This document shows positions 44,084 to 54,067 of a stretch of 64,000 bases of DNA, in pieces (the stretch's first letter is position 1; every line of letters starts with the position of its first letter). Made by a program: the position numbers and the translations under genes. The DNA is taken from contig CAVSGP010000005.1 of assembly GCA_963727505.1 (NCBI GenBank), forward strand, positions 230,074 to 294,073. The letters run 5' to 3'. Source of the DNA: an uncultured Trueperaceae bacterium (GTDB lineage: Bacteria > Deinococcota > Deinococci > Deinococcales > Trueperaceae). A model generated the notes under the pieces. That model saw nothing but the letters and a program-made list of their open reading frames with translations, was not told the origin of the DNA and searched no databases.

Positions 44084-44623
44084 TCAGGCCGCCGAGCCGC
44101 CGGTCAGGTGGGCGGTGACGTTGGGGCCCATCTGGTGGAACACGGCGCGGAGCTGGGTGCCGTTCATGGTGAAGGTGTAGATCGCGATGTTGGGGCTCGT
44201 GGAGGCGTCCTGCGTTCCCTTGAAGCCGAGCGCTTCGAGGTTCTTGGCGTAGGCGGCGACGACGTCGCTCAGTGAGGCGGAGCCGTGGGTGACGGTGAAG
44301 CCGGTGGCCTGGCCGCCGTTGCTGGTGGTGCTGATGTCGGCGATGTTGGCGAGCGTGGGGTAGACCGTGCCGCCCAGCGCGTTGGTCGTCGGGCCGGGCA
44401 CCCACAGCGTGATGCTGGGCAGCGAGCCGACCGGGGCGCCGCTGGCGAGGTTCACCTGGACCTGGTCGCCGTTCATGCTGAGGCCGATGTAGCCGGTGGT
44501 CAGCGTGTAGTCGGTGAAGTCGAAGCCACTGGTGTTGAACACGAAGGTGGCGGGGGCTGCCGAGGCGAAGGCGACGGAGAGCAGGGCGATCAGCCCGAGG
44601 GGGATGAGAAGGGCACGCTTCAT
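44084..44623 (-). CDS. Secreted hypothetical protein
   Basis: Signal peptide MKRALLIPLGLIALLSVAFASA; AAGGAG RBS; strong codon bias. Confidence 0.85.
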   Translation of the reverse strand: MKRALLIPLGLIALLSVAFASAAPATFVFNTSGFDFTDYTLTTGYIGLSMNGDQVQVNLASGAPVGSLPSITLWVPGPTTNALGGTVYPTLANIADISTTSNGGQATGFTVTHGSASLSDVVAAYAKNLEALGFKGTQDASTSPNIAIYTFTMNGTQLRAVFHQMGPNVTAHLTGGSAA

Positions 44624-44830
44624 GACGACTCCTTGGTGCGCGCGCCGGAGCACGCGCTGAGAGGGTTGCTGCGAAGGTTTCGGCCGAGAACGGCCGGGCC
44701 CGGGCCCTCTGCCCGGAACCACGTGCAGTGTGCTTCGCAGGTTTGAAGGAGCGATTGCGTCGGCGTGCAGAAGCCGTTGGATTGCGGTGAGGTTCGCGTG
44801 AGGGAGGGCTGAGACGGCTCCGAGGCGGGT

Positions 44831-46180
44831 TCAGCGGGCGCCGCGACCGCCCGAACTGGCCGGCGTCTCGGCCTCATCGCGTCCGGCCTCATCGCGTTCG
44901 ACCGCGTCGTGGCGCGCGCCGTCCGCCGGCCCGGCCGGGTTTGGAGCGGCGGGGTCTGGAGCGGCGTGGTTTGGAGCAGCGTGGTTTGGAGAGGCGTGGT
45001 CTGGAGCGGCGTGGTCCAGCCCGTCCTGGTTCGACCCGGCCTGTTCCGGCCCGGCGTCGTCCGCCCCGTCCTGGTCCGGCCCGTCCCGGTTCGACCCGGC
45101 CTGTTCCGACCCGTCCTGGTTCGCTCTGCCCTGGTTGTCCCCGCCCCGGTCGGGCCCGCCGCCGCGCTTTCGCGAGCGGAACAGCACCGTGCCCCCGATG
45201 GCGGGTCCGATGGCGTAGCGGCTGTAGTAGGTGAGCAGGCGCCAGGCGAGGATGGCCGCACCCACCTGGCCGATGCCGCCCTCGGCGGCGAACAGCGAGG
45301 CGGCGGCGATCTCCAGCAGGCCCGCGCCGCCGGGCGTGGGGAACAGGAAGGCGATGACCATGGGGAGCTGCACCGCAGCCAGGGTCGGCAGCAGCGGCGG
45401 TCTGCCGCCGAGGCCCGCCACGATGACGTAGAACGCCAGGTACGTCGCCAGGTAGAGCCCCGCCGTCAGGAGATGGAGGACCGCCTGCAGGCCGATGCCG
45501 CGCCGCGAGAGCTGACCGGTGGCGCCCGCCACGCGGTCGAGGAAGTCGAGCGCGCTGTCGCGCCAGCGCCGCAGCCAGGCGATCCGCATGACCGGCCCGA
45601 CGATGGCCTTGACCCAGTGCAACCGGAACGCCAGCACGTAGTTCAGCGACAGGAACACCACGCCGAGCAGCAGCGCCAGCAGCACCGGGGAGGTCTTGCC
45701 GAGCAGGTCGGTGGAGTGCCCCAGCACCACCAGGCCGATCGGCACGGACCAGGTCAGGAAGAAGAGGTCGACCACCCACACATACACGTTCACCGACCAC
45801 GCGCGCGAGGCCGGGACCCCGTCGCGAACCAGCGACAGCACCACTGCGGGCGCCTGGCCGCTGCCGCCCGGCGTGACGGCGGCGCTCAGCAGGCCCAGCG
45901 CATAGGCGCGCAACGAGCGCGCGAAGCCCACCGGTTGCCCCGTCAGGCTGGTGAGCAGCGTCAGGCGCAGCGCGCCGAACAGGTAGTTCACGACGGTCAG
46001 TGCGGCGCCCACCAGCAGCGCCCATGCCGGCACCGCCGCGACCGAGGTGACGCTCTCGCCGAGCCACCAGAAGGTCGCCAGGATGCCGAGGGCACCCAGG
46101 ATCACCGAGAGGGCGACGGCTCGAGCGATGACAGGACCCCTTCCCGCGGAGGCCGCGGCGGCGCCCACCCGAGACGGCAC
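44831..46180 (-). CDS. Lysylphosphatidylglycerol-synthase TM/flippase-like (UPF0104) membrane protein
   Basis: TPGGSGQ, PTPGGAGLLE and WRLLTYY motifs; repetitive C-terminal tail; start uncertain. Confidence 0.85.
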   Translation of the reverse strand: MPSRVGAAAASAGRGPVIARAVALSVILGALGILATFWWLGESVTSVAAVPAWALLVGAALTVVNYLFGALRLTLLTSLTGQPVGFARSLRAYALGLLSAAVTPGGSGQAPAVVLSLVRDGVPASRAWSVNVYVWVVDLFFLTWSVPIGLVVLGHSTDLLGKTSPVLLALLLGVVFLSLNYVLAFRLHWVKAIVGPVMRIAWLRRWRDSALDFLDRVAGATGQLSRRGIGLQAVLHLLTAGLYLATYLAFYVIVAGLGGRPPLLPTLAAVQLPMVIAFLFPTPGGAGLLEIAAASLFAAEGGIGQVGAAILAWRLLTYYSRYAIGPAIGGTVLFRSRKRGGGPDRGGDNQGRANQDGSEQAGSNRDGPDQDGADDAGPEQAGSNQDGLDHAAPDHASPNHAAPNHAAPDPAAPNPAGPADGARHDAVERDEAGRDEAETPASSGGRGAR

Positions 46181-46263
46181 GCGGCCGCGTGGCAGGGCGT
46201 TCCCCCGAGGTGCGCTCCGCCGGCCACTGTACCAAGCGGGGGTCGCCCGCGCCGTCGCCGTCG

Positions 46264-48087
46264 TCAGCTCTGGACGCAGTTCTTGCCCATGCGTTTGGCG
46301 CGGTACAGCATGGCGTCGGCCCGGGCCAGCAGGGTGCCGGCGTCCTCCTGCGGGCGGAGGCTGGCCACGCCCAGGCTGACGGTGAGCTGGATGCCGTGGC
46401 GCAGGCCGTCCCAACTCTCCGCCTCGACCGCCTCGCGCAGCTTCTCGGCCACCTCCGCGGCGCCGGTGGCGTCCGTGTCGGGCATCACCACCGCGAACTC
46501 CTCGCCGCCGAAACGCGCGCACAGGTCGACGTTGCGCAGGTGGGAGCACATGAGTCCCGCCAGGTGCTTGAGCACCTCGTCGCCGACGGTGTGCGAGAAG
46601 CGGTCGTTGACCTCCTTGAAGTTGTCGATGTCGAGCATCAACAGCGACAGAGAGGTCCCGTTGCGTTTCGAGCGCGCCAGCTCGGTCTCCAGGCGGGCAT
46701 CGAGGGCGCGCCGGTTGTGCAGCCCGGTGAGGCCGTCGAGGTTGCTGAGCCGTTCCAGCTCGCCGGCCTGGCGCTCGAGCTGCTGATTGAGCTCACGCAG
46801 CTCGCGGTAGGCGCGCGCCAGCTCGACGTTGGTGAGGCGGTCGATCTCGCGGTCCTTGCGCATGCGCTCCACGTCGAACTGCAGCGTCAGCACCTCGGTG
46901 CGCACGTCCGAGGCTTCGCGCAGCACCTGCTCGCGGTGGCGGTGATAGGCCTCGTAGTGGTCGAGCGCCGCGTCGCCGTCGCCGGTCTCGCGCAGCGCGC
47001 GGGCGAGGCCGTGGTGGGCGCGGTAGATCTCGACCGGCGAGCCGACCTCCTCGGCCGTGCCGAGCGCAGTGTGCAGCGCGCGAAGGGCCTGCTGGGGGCG
47101 GCCGCGCGCCAGCTCCGCCTCGCCGCTGCCGAGGAGCGCCTGCGAGCGGGAGCGCTTCTGGGCGGCGGGCCCGAGCTCGTCGAGGCAGCGCCGGAAGGCT
47201 TCGAGGGCGTCGTCGGGCCGGCCCAGCTCCAGGTACATGTCGCCCAGGCTGAGCAGGTTGAGGCTGGTGCCATACGCGTCGGACGCCTCGATGCTGCCCC
47301 GGAAGAAGCGCTCGGCGGCAGCGTAGTCGCGCTTGCGCTGCATGGCGATGCCGATGGCCCGAAGGGCGGTCGAGCGCTCACGCTGGCGTTCCGGGGCGTC
47401 CCCCATGACCTCCAGCGCTCGCTCGGAGTACTCGATGGCGCGGTCGAGGTGGCCGAGGTTGAGGTAGGTCTCGGCGACGCCGTTCAAGGGGCTGGCGGTG
47501 AGTTCGGGCGCGATCGGCTCGAGCACGGCGAGGGCGTGGGTGTGGTGCTCGAGAGCCTGCTGGAAGAGCCCCACCTTGTCGTAGCCCCAGCCCAGCCCGT
47601 GGCGGGCCAGCGCCTCGCCGATGGTGTCGCCCAGCACGTGCCGCAGGTACGCCTCGAGGTTGGCGTAGAGCAGCGAGGCGGGGAAGTCGCCGAGCCGGAA
47701 GCTCGAGATCGCCAGCGCGGTGGCTGCCTTCGCTAGCGCCTCGCGCGAGCGACGCGGCAGCGCCTCCAGCGCCTCGTCCCAGTGCCTGGCGTCGTGGCCG
47801 GCGTCGATGTGGGCGGCCTGCAGCGCCTCCAGGGCGTAGGTGCGGGCGAGGTCGTACTCGGTGTCGCGGTAGCAGGCGTGCGCCAGCATGGCCCGGGTGG
47901 TGAGGCGCGCCTGGCGGTCGTGCAGGAACTCCGCCAGGTCCGCCGCTTGCTCGGCCAGGGCGCGGAAACGGCGGCCGTCGCCGTCGACGGCCGACCAGGC
48001 GGCAGCCAGCGTCGCTTCCAGGCGACGCTCGTCGTCCGGAATCGCGAGCAACGCCTCCAGGTCGGACGGCGGCACGGTGTCGCCCAT
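46264..48087 (-). CDS. TPR-containing diguanylate cyclase
   Basis: TPR repeats, coiled coil, DGLTGLHN, DIDNFKEVND, RxxD I-site and GGEEF. Confidence 0.94.
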   Translation of the reverse strand: MGDTVPPSDLEALLAIPDDERRLEATLAAAWSAVDGDGRRFRALAEQAADLAEFLHDRQARLTTRAMLAHACYRDTEYDLARTYALEALQAAHIDAGHDARHWDEALEALPRRSREALAKAATALAISSFRLGDFPASLLYANLEAYLRHVLGDTIGEALARHGLGWGYDKVGLFQQALEHHTHALAVLEPIAPELTASPLNGVAETYLNLGHLDRAIEYSERALEVMGDAPERQRERSTALRAIGIAMQRKRDYAAAERFFRGSIEASDAYGTSLNLLSLGDMYLELGRPDDALEAFRRCLDELGPAAQKRSRSQALLGSGEAELARGRPQQALRALHTALGTAEEVGSPVEIYRAHHGLARALRETGDGDAALDHYEAYHRHREQVLREASDVRTEVLTLQFDVERMRKDREIDRLTNVELARAYRELRELNQQLERQAGELERLSNLDGLTGLHNRRALDARLETELARSKRNGTSLSLLMLDIDNFKEVNDRFSHTVGDEVLKHLAGLMCSHLRNVDLCARFGGEEFAVVMPDTDATGAAEVAEKLREAVEAESWDGLRHGIQLTVSLGVASLRPQEDAGTLLARADAMLYRAKRMGKNCVQS

Positions 48088-48280
48088 CGGTAGCTCGTTC
48101 CCCTCCGCGCGACCTCCCGGCGCCGCGTCAGGCTTCCATTATGCAAGAGGCAGCCGGAGCGGGACGTGCGGGGTGCGCCTGGTGAGGCTGGGGTGGTTGT
48201 GCGCGGTGGTTGTGCCCGGAGTCTGTGCCCGATGGTCGGGTGCGGCCCGCAGGGGCTTGGCGGCTCAGTGGCCTGGGGAC

Positions 48281-48898
48281 TCAGCGGCTCAGCAGCGCGA
48301 AGGCGATGTCGGGGCCGTGCTCGAGCCCGTAGGCGAGGTGCACCCACAACCGGGCGAGGTGCTCGAGCTGCTCGGCGGCGCCCAGTGCGCCGCAATCGAC
48401 CGGCTCGAAGCCGAGGTCGCTCGCCAGCTTGGCGGCGCGCGCCTTGGCGTCCGGGTCGTCGCCGGCCAGGAAGAGGCTGACCGCGTGACCGCCGAAGTGC
48501 GGGTCCTCCATGCCGGTGGTGCCGATGCAGTTGAACGCCTTCACCACGTGCGTGCCGGGCAGCGCGCGGGCCAGCAGCTCGGCGGTCGAGCCCGCGCCCT
48601 TGGGACGTTCCTGGATGGCGTTGGTGGCGTCGAGCAGCACCTTGCCGCTCAGGTCGCCGAGGCCGATCAGGTAGTCGCGCGCCACCCGCCAGGGCGTGGC
48701 GAGCAGCAGCGTGTCGGCTTGCGCCGCGGCCTGGGCGGGCAGCAGCGCGCGAGCGCCCGCGCCGCTGCGCTCCACCAGCTCCCGGACGCTCGCCGAGTCG
48801 GGGGTGCGGCTGCCGTAGATGATGGTGTGGCCGGCGCGGGCCCAGGCGGGCCCCAGCGTCGAGCCAACGTTGCCGGTGCCGAGGATGGCGATGTCCAT
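48281..48898 (-). CDS. NADPH-dependent F420 reductase-family oxidoreductase
   Basis: ILGTGNVG, LDATN and VVKAFN motifs; GAGGAGG RBS. Confidence 0.88.
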   Translation of the reverse strand: MDIAILGTGNVGSTLGPAWARAGHTIIYGSRTPDSASVRELVERSGAGARALLPAQAAAQADTLLLATPWRVARDYLIGLGDLSGKVLLDATNAIQERPKGAGSTAELLARALPGTHVVKAFNCIGTTGMEDPHFGGHAVSLFLAGDDPDAKARAAKLASDLGFEPVDCGALGAAEQLEHLARLWVHLAYGLEHGPDIAFALLSR

Positions 48899-48904
48899 GG
48901 CTTC

Positions 48905-49320
48905 CTCCTCGAGGGTTCGTGCCCCGCGGATGCGGGTCCTGGGGTTCGGGTCCTGTGCGTCCGGGCCCTGTGGGTGCGGTTCGGGGGCGCGCCGGCCGCT
49001 GGTGCGGTGGGCGCTGGTGCGGTGGCCGCTGCTGCGCCGGCTGCTGGTGCGGTGGGCGCTCGTGCGCCGTGGTGCGCTTGAGGCCAAGGATACGTCCGGG
49101 AGGGTCGCGCCCGCGGTCGCGCAGGGTGCGGGTCGCGTCGGAGGTGCCATGGCGTGGTGCCCATGATTGTGGCGCCCGTGGTGTGGTGCCCATGCCGTGG
49201 CGCCCATGGCGTGGCGCTTGCGGGTCGAGGGCGAGCGCGGCCCGTGTCGCGCGCGAGCGAAGGACCGGGCGCGGTTCGTGTCGCGCGCGAGCGAAGGACC
49301 GGGCGCCGCCGGACCTACCC
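48905..49320. repeat. Intergenic tract of nested short tandem repeats
   Basis: GCTGGTGCGGTGG-type 15-mers, CCATGGCGTGG(T/C)GC-type 14-15-mers, and a 30-nt duplication (49243-49272/49277-49306). Confidence 0.8.
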
Positions 49321-49327
49321 TGGAGGC

Positions 49328-49855
49328 ATGTCCGCTGAGACCGCGTCCGCTGATACCGCGTCCACTGAAACCGTGGCCGCTGAAACCGTGGCCGCTAAAA
49401 GCGTGTGGCCCGACGATTTCGTATGGCGTGGCCCGGTCCCGGCGCCGGAGGCGTGGGGGAAGCCCGGGCTGGTCATGCTCTTCAACCTGGAGTGCCCGGG
49501 TTGCATCTCGCGTGGGGTGCCGTTCCTCAAGCGCCTGGCGGCCGAGCACGGCGAGGCGCTGCAGCTCGTGATGGTGCACACCGCCTTCGGGCACCGCGCT
49601 TACCCCCGCGACGAGGTGGTGCCCACGCTGACGCATTTCGCCGAGAGCTTCGCGCGCCTGGAGATCCCGGTGGCGCTGGACGTCGACGGCAGTCTGGCCG
49701 AGGCCTGGGGCGCCGAGGGCACGCCGCACTGGCTGGCGTTCGACCGCCACGGCCAGCAGGTGCGCAGCATCTACGGCTCGCAGGAGAACGCCCAGACGCG
49801 GCTCGCCTACCTGCTCGAGGAGCTGCTGGCCGAAGACGACGGCGTGCCTGGCTAG
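49328..49855 (+). CDS. TlpA/redoxin-family thiol-disulfide protein
   Basis: FNLECPGC and GTPHW motifs; GGAGG upstream. Confidence 0.85.
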   Translation: MSAETASADTASTETVAAETVAAKSVWPDDFVWRGPVPAPEAWGKPGLVMLFNLECPGCISRGVPFLKRLAAEHGEALQLVMVHTAFGHRAYPRDEVVPTLTHFAESFARLEIPVALDVDGSLAEAWGAEGTPHWLAFDRHGQQVRSIYGSQENAQTRLAYLLEELLAEDDGVPG

Positions 49856-49858
49856 CGC

Positions 49859-50470
49859 TCAGCGCCGGCCGCGCCACCACGACAGCAGGAACACGCCGGC
49901 GCCGATGAGCACCGCCGGCAGCAGCCAGTGCGGCCCGTTGCCGGAGGGCTCGTTGACGAGCACCGTCAGCGCGATCCAGAGCAGGGCCGGCGCCAGGGCC
50001 CAGCGCTGGCCGCCCTGTCCCTTGGGCAGCAGGTAGAGGGTGGTGAAGGTGGCCGCGAAGCCCAGGAACAGCAGCGGCGCCGGGTTCCAGCCCGGGAAGA
50101 GCGCTTCGGAGCCCACCACCAGCGCCACCGAGCCCAGCACCCCGGCCGGCAGCAGCGCCCACCAGCTGCGCCGGCTGGCGACGTAGACCAGACCGAAGGC
50201 CAGCGCCGGGTATCCCAGCGCCGCGACGCCCGCGAAGCGGCCGGCGCTGGGGATGGCGAACGCCCCGATCACGGCGAACAGCGCGATGCGCGCGCCGATC
50301 GGCAGGCGGCCGCGCGTGGCCCACCAGGCGGCGCCGCCGATGGCGAACAGCAGCACCAGCCGCAGCAGGCCGGGCAGCGCGCCCAGCGCCGGGTTGCGCA
50401 CCACTACCGCCAGCACGCCGGCGGCGATCAGCACCACGCCGACGGTGGCCGAGGAGTTACGCCGTGCCAT
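49859..50470 (-). CDS. Polytopic membrane protein (LiaF-like position)
   Basis: Multiple TM helices; overlaps the kinase stop. Confidence 0.82.
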   Translation of the reverse strand: MARRNSSATVGVVLIAAGVLAVVVRNPALGALPGLLRLVLLFAIGGAAWWATRGRLPIGARIALFAVIGAFAIPSAGRFAGVAALGYPALAFGLVYVASRRSWWALLPAGVLGSVALVVGSEALFPGWNPAPLLFLGFAATFTTLYLLPKGQGGQRWALAPALLWIALTVLVNEPSGNGPHWLLPAVLIGAGVFLLSWWRGRR

Positions 50471-52379
50471 GGCCGGCTCCCCCCGCCGTCGTGTCGTCGG
50501 TCGTGTCGTCGGTCGTGTCGTCCGCGGGTGCGTCCTTGGTCGTGTCCTTGGTCGTGTCGCCTGCGGCGCTGAGGGGGGCGTCGCAGGGCGCGTCGACCAT
50601 GAGGGTGGTGCCCTCCCCCTCGCCGCTGGTCAACGACAGGGTGCCGAGGATCTGGCGGGCGCGCTCCTGCATGGAGCGCAGCCCCAGGTGGTCGGCGCCC
50701 GTGGGTCCGTTGCCCGGCCCGCCTGCGTGCGGGTCGAAGCCGACGCCGTCGTCGGCGACGGTGAGCCGCACGTGGCCGTCGCCGCCGGTCAGCGCCACGC
50801 GCACGTGCGATGCGCGGGCGTGCTTGACGACGTTGTGCAGCGCCTCCTGGGCGATGCGGTAGAGCGCCTGCTTGGTGGCGAAGGGGGCGGCGGGCTCGAG
50901 CGCCGCATCGAGGGTGGTGTCGATGCCGTGGCGCGTCTCCAGCACGTCGAGCTGCTTGCGGAGCACGCCGATCAGCCCCTCGTTCTCGAGCGACTCCGGG
51001 CGCAGCACGAAGATCAGCGCCCGCATCTCCTTGATGCCGGCCTGGGCGAGGTTCTCGACGTAGTCGAGCGCCTGCCGGGCGTCGTCGGGCGAGGTGTCGA
51101 GCTTGCGCTGGGCGGTGTGGGTGCCGAGCAGGATGGCGTAGAGGGCCTGGCTGACGGAGTCGTGCAGCTCGCGCGCGAGGTGCTGCCGCTCCTCCAGGGC
51201 GGCGCGCTCCTGCACGCGTTGGTAGAGGTGGGCGTTCTCCAGCGCCACCCCGATCTGGTTGGCGAACGCGACGGTGAGCTGGCGGCGCTCGGTGCTGTCG
51301 GCAGCGTCGTCACCGCCCGCGTCGTTGCGGTTGTCGTTGCGGTTGTCGTGGGAGTTGTCGTCGCCGGTGTTCGCAGCGGTGCGGTCGCCGGCGGGGACGT
51401 GGGCGGCGGCGCGAGCACTGGCGGGGGCGCGGGTCACCAGCAGCACGCCTACCGTCGCGTCGCGCACCACCAGCGGCACGGCCAGCAGCGGGGCGCCGCC
51501 CGCGCTCGCTTCCAGTGGGTCGCGGGCGGCCAGGGCGCGCGTCAGCAGGGCCGGGTCGGCGCCGGGCTCGGCGCCGCGGCCGGCGACGCGGCGCACGCCG
51601 GCGCCCGGCACGGGCTCGTAGACGGTGGCGCCGGTGCAGGCCACGGCGGCCTCCAGGCGTTCCAGGATCTGCGCCAGGAGCGGCCCGAGCTCGAGGGTGA
51701 GGGCGGTGCTGTTGGAGAGCTCGAGCAGCGCGCTGAGGTCGGCGGTGCGCTCGCGCACGCGGCGCTCCAGCAGGTCGAGGGCCTCGGCCAGCTCCGTGGA
51801 CATGTTGTTGAAGGCCTCGGCCAGCAGCCCCAGCTCGCTCTTGGAGGTGACGGGCAGCGTGACGCCCCGCTCGCCGGCGGCCAGCTCGCGGGTGGCGCGC
51901 ATCAGCTCGGTGATCGGCTCGGTGAGCAGGCGGCGGCTGAAGAGGGTGGCGCCCACCAGCGTGAACAGGAAGATGGCGAAGAGGTTGATGAGGGTCGAGC
52001 GCACGATGCCGCGCAGGTCGAGCGGCTGGGGGGCCGGCGTGCCGGTCGTGGTGCCGGTGGTGGTGCCGGTCGTTTCGGGTGCGGTGCCCGGCTCGGTTCC
52101 GGGCGCCGGCTGGCTGAGCTGCACCACCCCGACACGCGCCTGCTCGAAGGCGCGGGTGAGCTGGATGGCGGTGGCGCCCGCCAGCACCGCCACCACCGCC
52201 AGGATCAGCAGCGCCAGGCGCGTCTGCAGGCGGTGGATCAGCGGGACGGTCTCGAAGGCGCTGGCGCCGGTGGCGGATCCGGTGCCGGCGGGATCGGGGC
52301 CCGGCGGGTCGCTGTGGGAGGGATCGTGCTGGGGTTGGTCGGTGGGGTGCGGCGGGGGGACGCGCTCGGGGTCGCTCAT
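50457..52379 (-). CDS. Sensor histidine kinase (TM-HAMP-GAF-HisKA_3-HATPase)
   Basis: ERQHLARELHDSVSQ, QEALHNVVKHA, DDGVGF and GLRSMQER motifs. Confidence 0.94.
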   Translation of the reverse strand: MSDPERVPPPHPTDQPQHDPSHSDPPGPDPAGTGSATGASAFETVPLIHRLQTRLALLILAVVAVLAGATAIQLTRAFEQARVGVVQLSQPAPGTEPGTAPETTGTTTGTTTGTPAPQPLDLRGIVRSTLINLFAIFLFTLVGATLFSRRLLTEPITELMRATRELAAGERGVTLPVTSKSELGLLAEAFNNMSTELAEALDLLERRVRERTADLSALLELSNSTALTLELGPLLAQILERLEAAVACTGATVYEPVPGAGVRRVAGRGAEPGADPALLTRALAARDPLEASAGGAPLLAVPLVVRDATVGVLLVTRAPASARAAAHVPAGDRTAANTGDDNSHDNRNDNRNDAGGDDAADSTERRQLTVAFANQIGVALENAHLYQRVQERAALEERQHLARELHDSVSQALYAILLGTHTAQRKLDTSPDDARQALDYVENLAQAGIKEMRALIFVLRPESLENEGLIGVLRKQLDVLETRHGIDTTLDAALEPAAPFATKQALYRIAQEALHNVVKHARASHVRVALTGGDGHVRLTVADDGVGFDPHAGGPGNGPTGADHLGLRSMQERARQILGTLSLTSGEGEGTTLMVDAPCDAPLSAAGDTTKDTTKDAPADDTTDDTTDDTTAGGAGHGTA

Positions 52380-52386
52380 GGCGCCG

Positions 52387-53084
52387 CTACTCGAGCCCGG
52401 CCAGGCCCTCCTTGAGGGCGAAGAGGGCGGCCTGGGTGCGGCTCTGCAGGTCGAGCTTGGAGAGCACGCTGGAGACGTGGGTCTTCACGGTGACCTCCGA
52501 GACCCCCAGGCGGCCGGCGATGTCGCGGTTGGTGAGGCCCTTGGCGACGAGCCGCAGGGTCTCGGTCTCGCGCGGGGTCAGCACCTCGCGCATCTCGGGC
52601 GTGCGTACCTCGCGCACCAGGCGCTTCTGCACCTTGGGGTCGAAGCGCACCTCGCCGCGCGAGGCGGCGCGCACGGCCTCGAACAGCGCCTCCGGGCCGG
52701 TCTCCTTGAGCAGGTAGGCGGCGGCGCCGGCCTCGACCGCGTCGATGACGAGGCGGTCCTCCAGCACGCTCGTGAGCGCGACCACCTCGACCTCGGGGTG
52801 CTCGGCCTTGATGGCGCGGGTGGCCTCGACGCCGTTCATGACGGGCATCAGCAGGTCCATCAGGACGACCTGGGGGGCGAGCGCGGCCACGCGCTCGATC
52901 GCCTCGCGGCCGTTGGCGGCCTCGCCGACGACCTCCAGGTCGGGCTCGAGCGAGAGCACCATGCGCAGCCCCTGGCGCACCACGGTGTGGTCGTCGACCA
53001 GCAGCACGCGGATGGGGCCGGGGTCTGAGGGCCGGGTTCTGAGGCGCCGGAGTCGGGTGTGCTGGGGTTGGAGGCGTCGGTCAC
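52387..53084 (-). CDS. NarL/LiaR-family response regulator (probable 1-nt deletion near 53030)
   Basis: LLVDDH, MDLLMP and LTPRE...[13 protein letters not shown]; an RBS-preceded GTG at 53084 joins the frame if one C is added. Confidence 0.9.
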
Positions 53085-53134
53085 GGGAATCTCCCTGCGG
53101 TGCCGCCAGCTTACCGCCGGGCCCCGCGCGCGGC

Positions 53135-53176
53135 CTCCACCTTTGGTAGGAGCAGGGTCCCCACCTTTCCGCAGAT
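53135..53176. promoter_or_regulatory. Putative tandem NarL-type operator
   Basis: Imperfect palindrome CTCCACCTTTGGTAGGAG and a degenerate copy CCCCACCTTTCCGCAGAT 24 bp downstream. Confidence 0.55.
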
Positions 53177-53224
53177 GCGGCGTGCCGGGCCCGCGGCTAG
53201 CATCGGGGTCGGAGGACAATCGTG

Positions 53225-54067
53225 ATGGAAGCTTCGACGGGCAAGGACCGCAACACCACGATCGGGTGGATCCTGGTCATCCTGGGAGGGCTTGCGTTGC
53301 TCTCCAACTTCGGCATCTTCCAGGGCATGAGCCACCTGGTGGGCGCGCTGTTCTTCGCGTTCCTGGGTGGCCTGGCGCTGCGGCACTACCAGCGCAAGCA
53401 CCGCACCGGCTCGCTGGTGGGCGCCTTCGTTCTGTTCGGGCTGGCGGCTGCCGCCGCGGTGTCCGGGGCGCTCTCGGGCTTCTTCTTCCTGGGGCTCATC
53501 GGCGCCGGCTTCGCGGCCATCTACTACACCGACCGCGAGCGCTGGTGGGCGGTCATCCCGGCCGGCACGCTGCTGTCGCTGGCGGTGGTGGCGGCTCTCG
53601 ACGAGCTCGCGCCGCGCTACGAGTCGGGCTCGGTGCTGTTCATCGGTCTGGCGGCCACCTTCCTGCTGCTCACGCGGCTGCCGGAGGATCCCAAGCCCTG
53701 GGCCATCTACCCGGCCATCGCGTTCGTGGTGCTGGCCGTGCTGGGGCTCTCGGTGGGCGGCAACTGGGTGCTGCCGCTGGCGCTGGTGGGGGTGGGGGTG
53801 TACCTGCTCTACCGGCGCAACGGGCTCGAGCACGAGGCAGTGACCGGGACCGCCGGGTCGCCGACGACGCCTGAGAGCACGATGGTTCCATCGAGCACCG
53901 AGGCCGCGGGTGGGACGACACACGGGTCGGTCGCGGAGAGCACGGAGGCGGGAGACGCGCGGGCCTCGGAAGCGGGTGTGGAAGCCGCGGACGCCGAGGG
54001 CCAGGACGCGAACGGTCAGGACGCTTCCACGCCTATCGAGCCCGGTGACGAGGACCCTCGCATCTGA
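53225..54067 (+). CDS. Polytopic membrane protein, paralog of 49859..50470
   Basis: IGWILVILGGLALLSNFG, WWAVIPAG and WAIYPA; acidic tail; GGAGG RBS. Confidence 0.85.
   Translation: MEASTGKDRNTTIGWILVILGGLALLSNFGIFQGMSHLVGALFFAFLGGLALRHYQRKHRTGSLVGAFVLFGLAAAAAVSGALSGFFFLGLIGAGFAAIYYTDRERWWAVIPAGTLLSLAVVAALDELAPRYESGSVLFIGLAATFLLLTRLPEDPKPWAIYPAIAFVVLAVLGLSVGGNWVLPLALVGVGVYLLYRRNGLEHEAVTGTAGSPTTPESTMVPSSTEAAGGTTHGSVAESTEAGDARASEAGVEAADAEGQDANGQDASTPIEPGDEDPRI

Noticed and set aside
44040..49320. Repeat arrays as a CRISPR
   Set aside because: The units are directly adjacent and degenerate, with no unique spacers and no cas genes.
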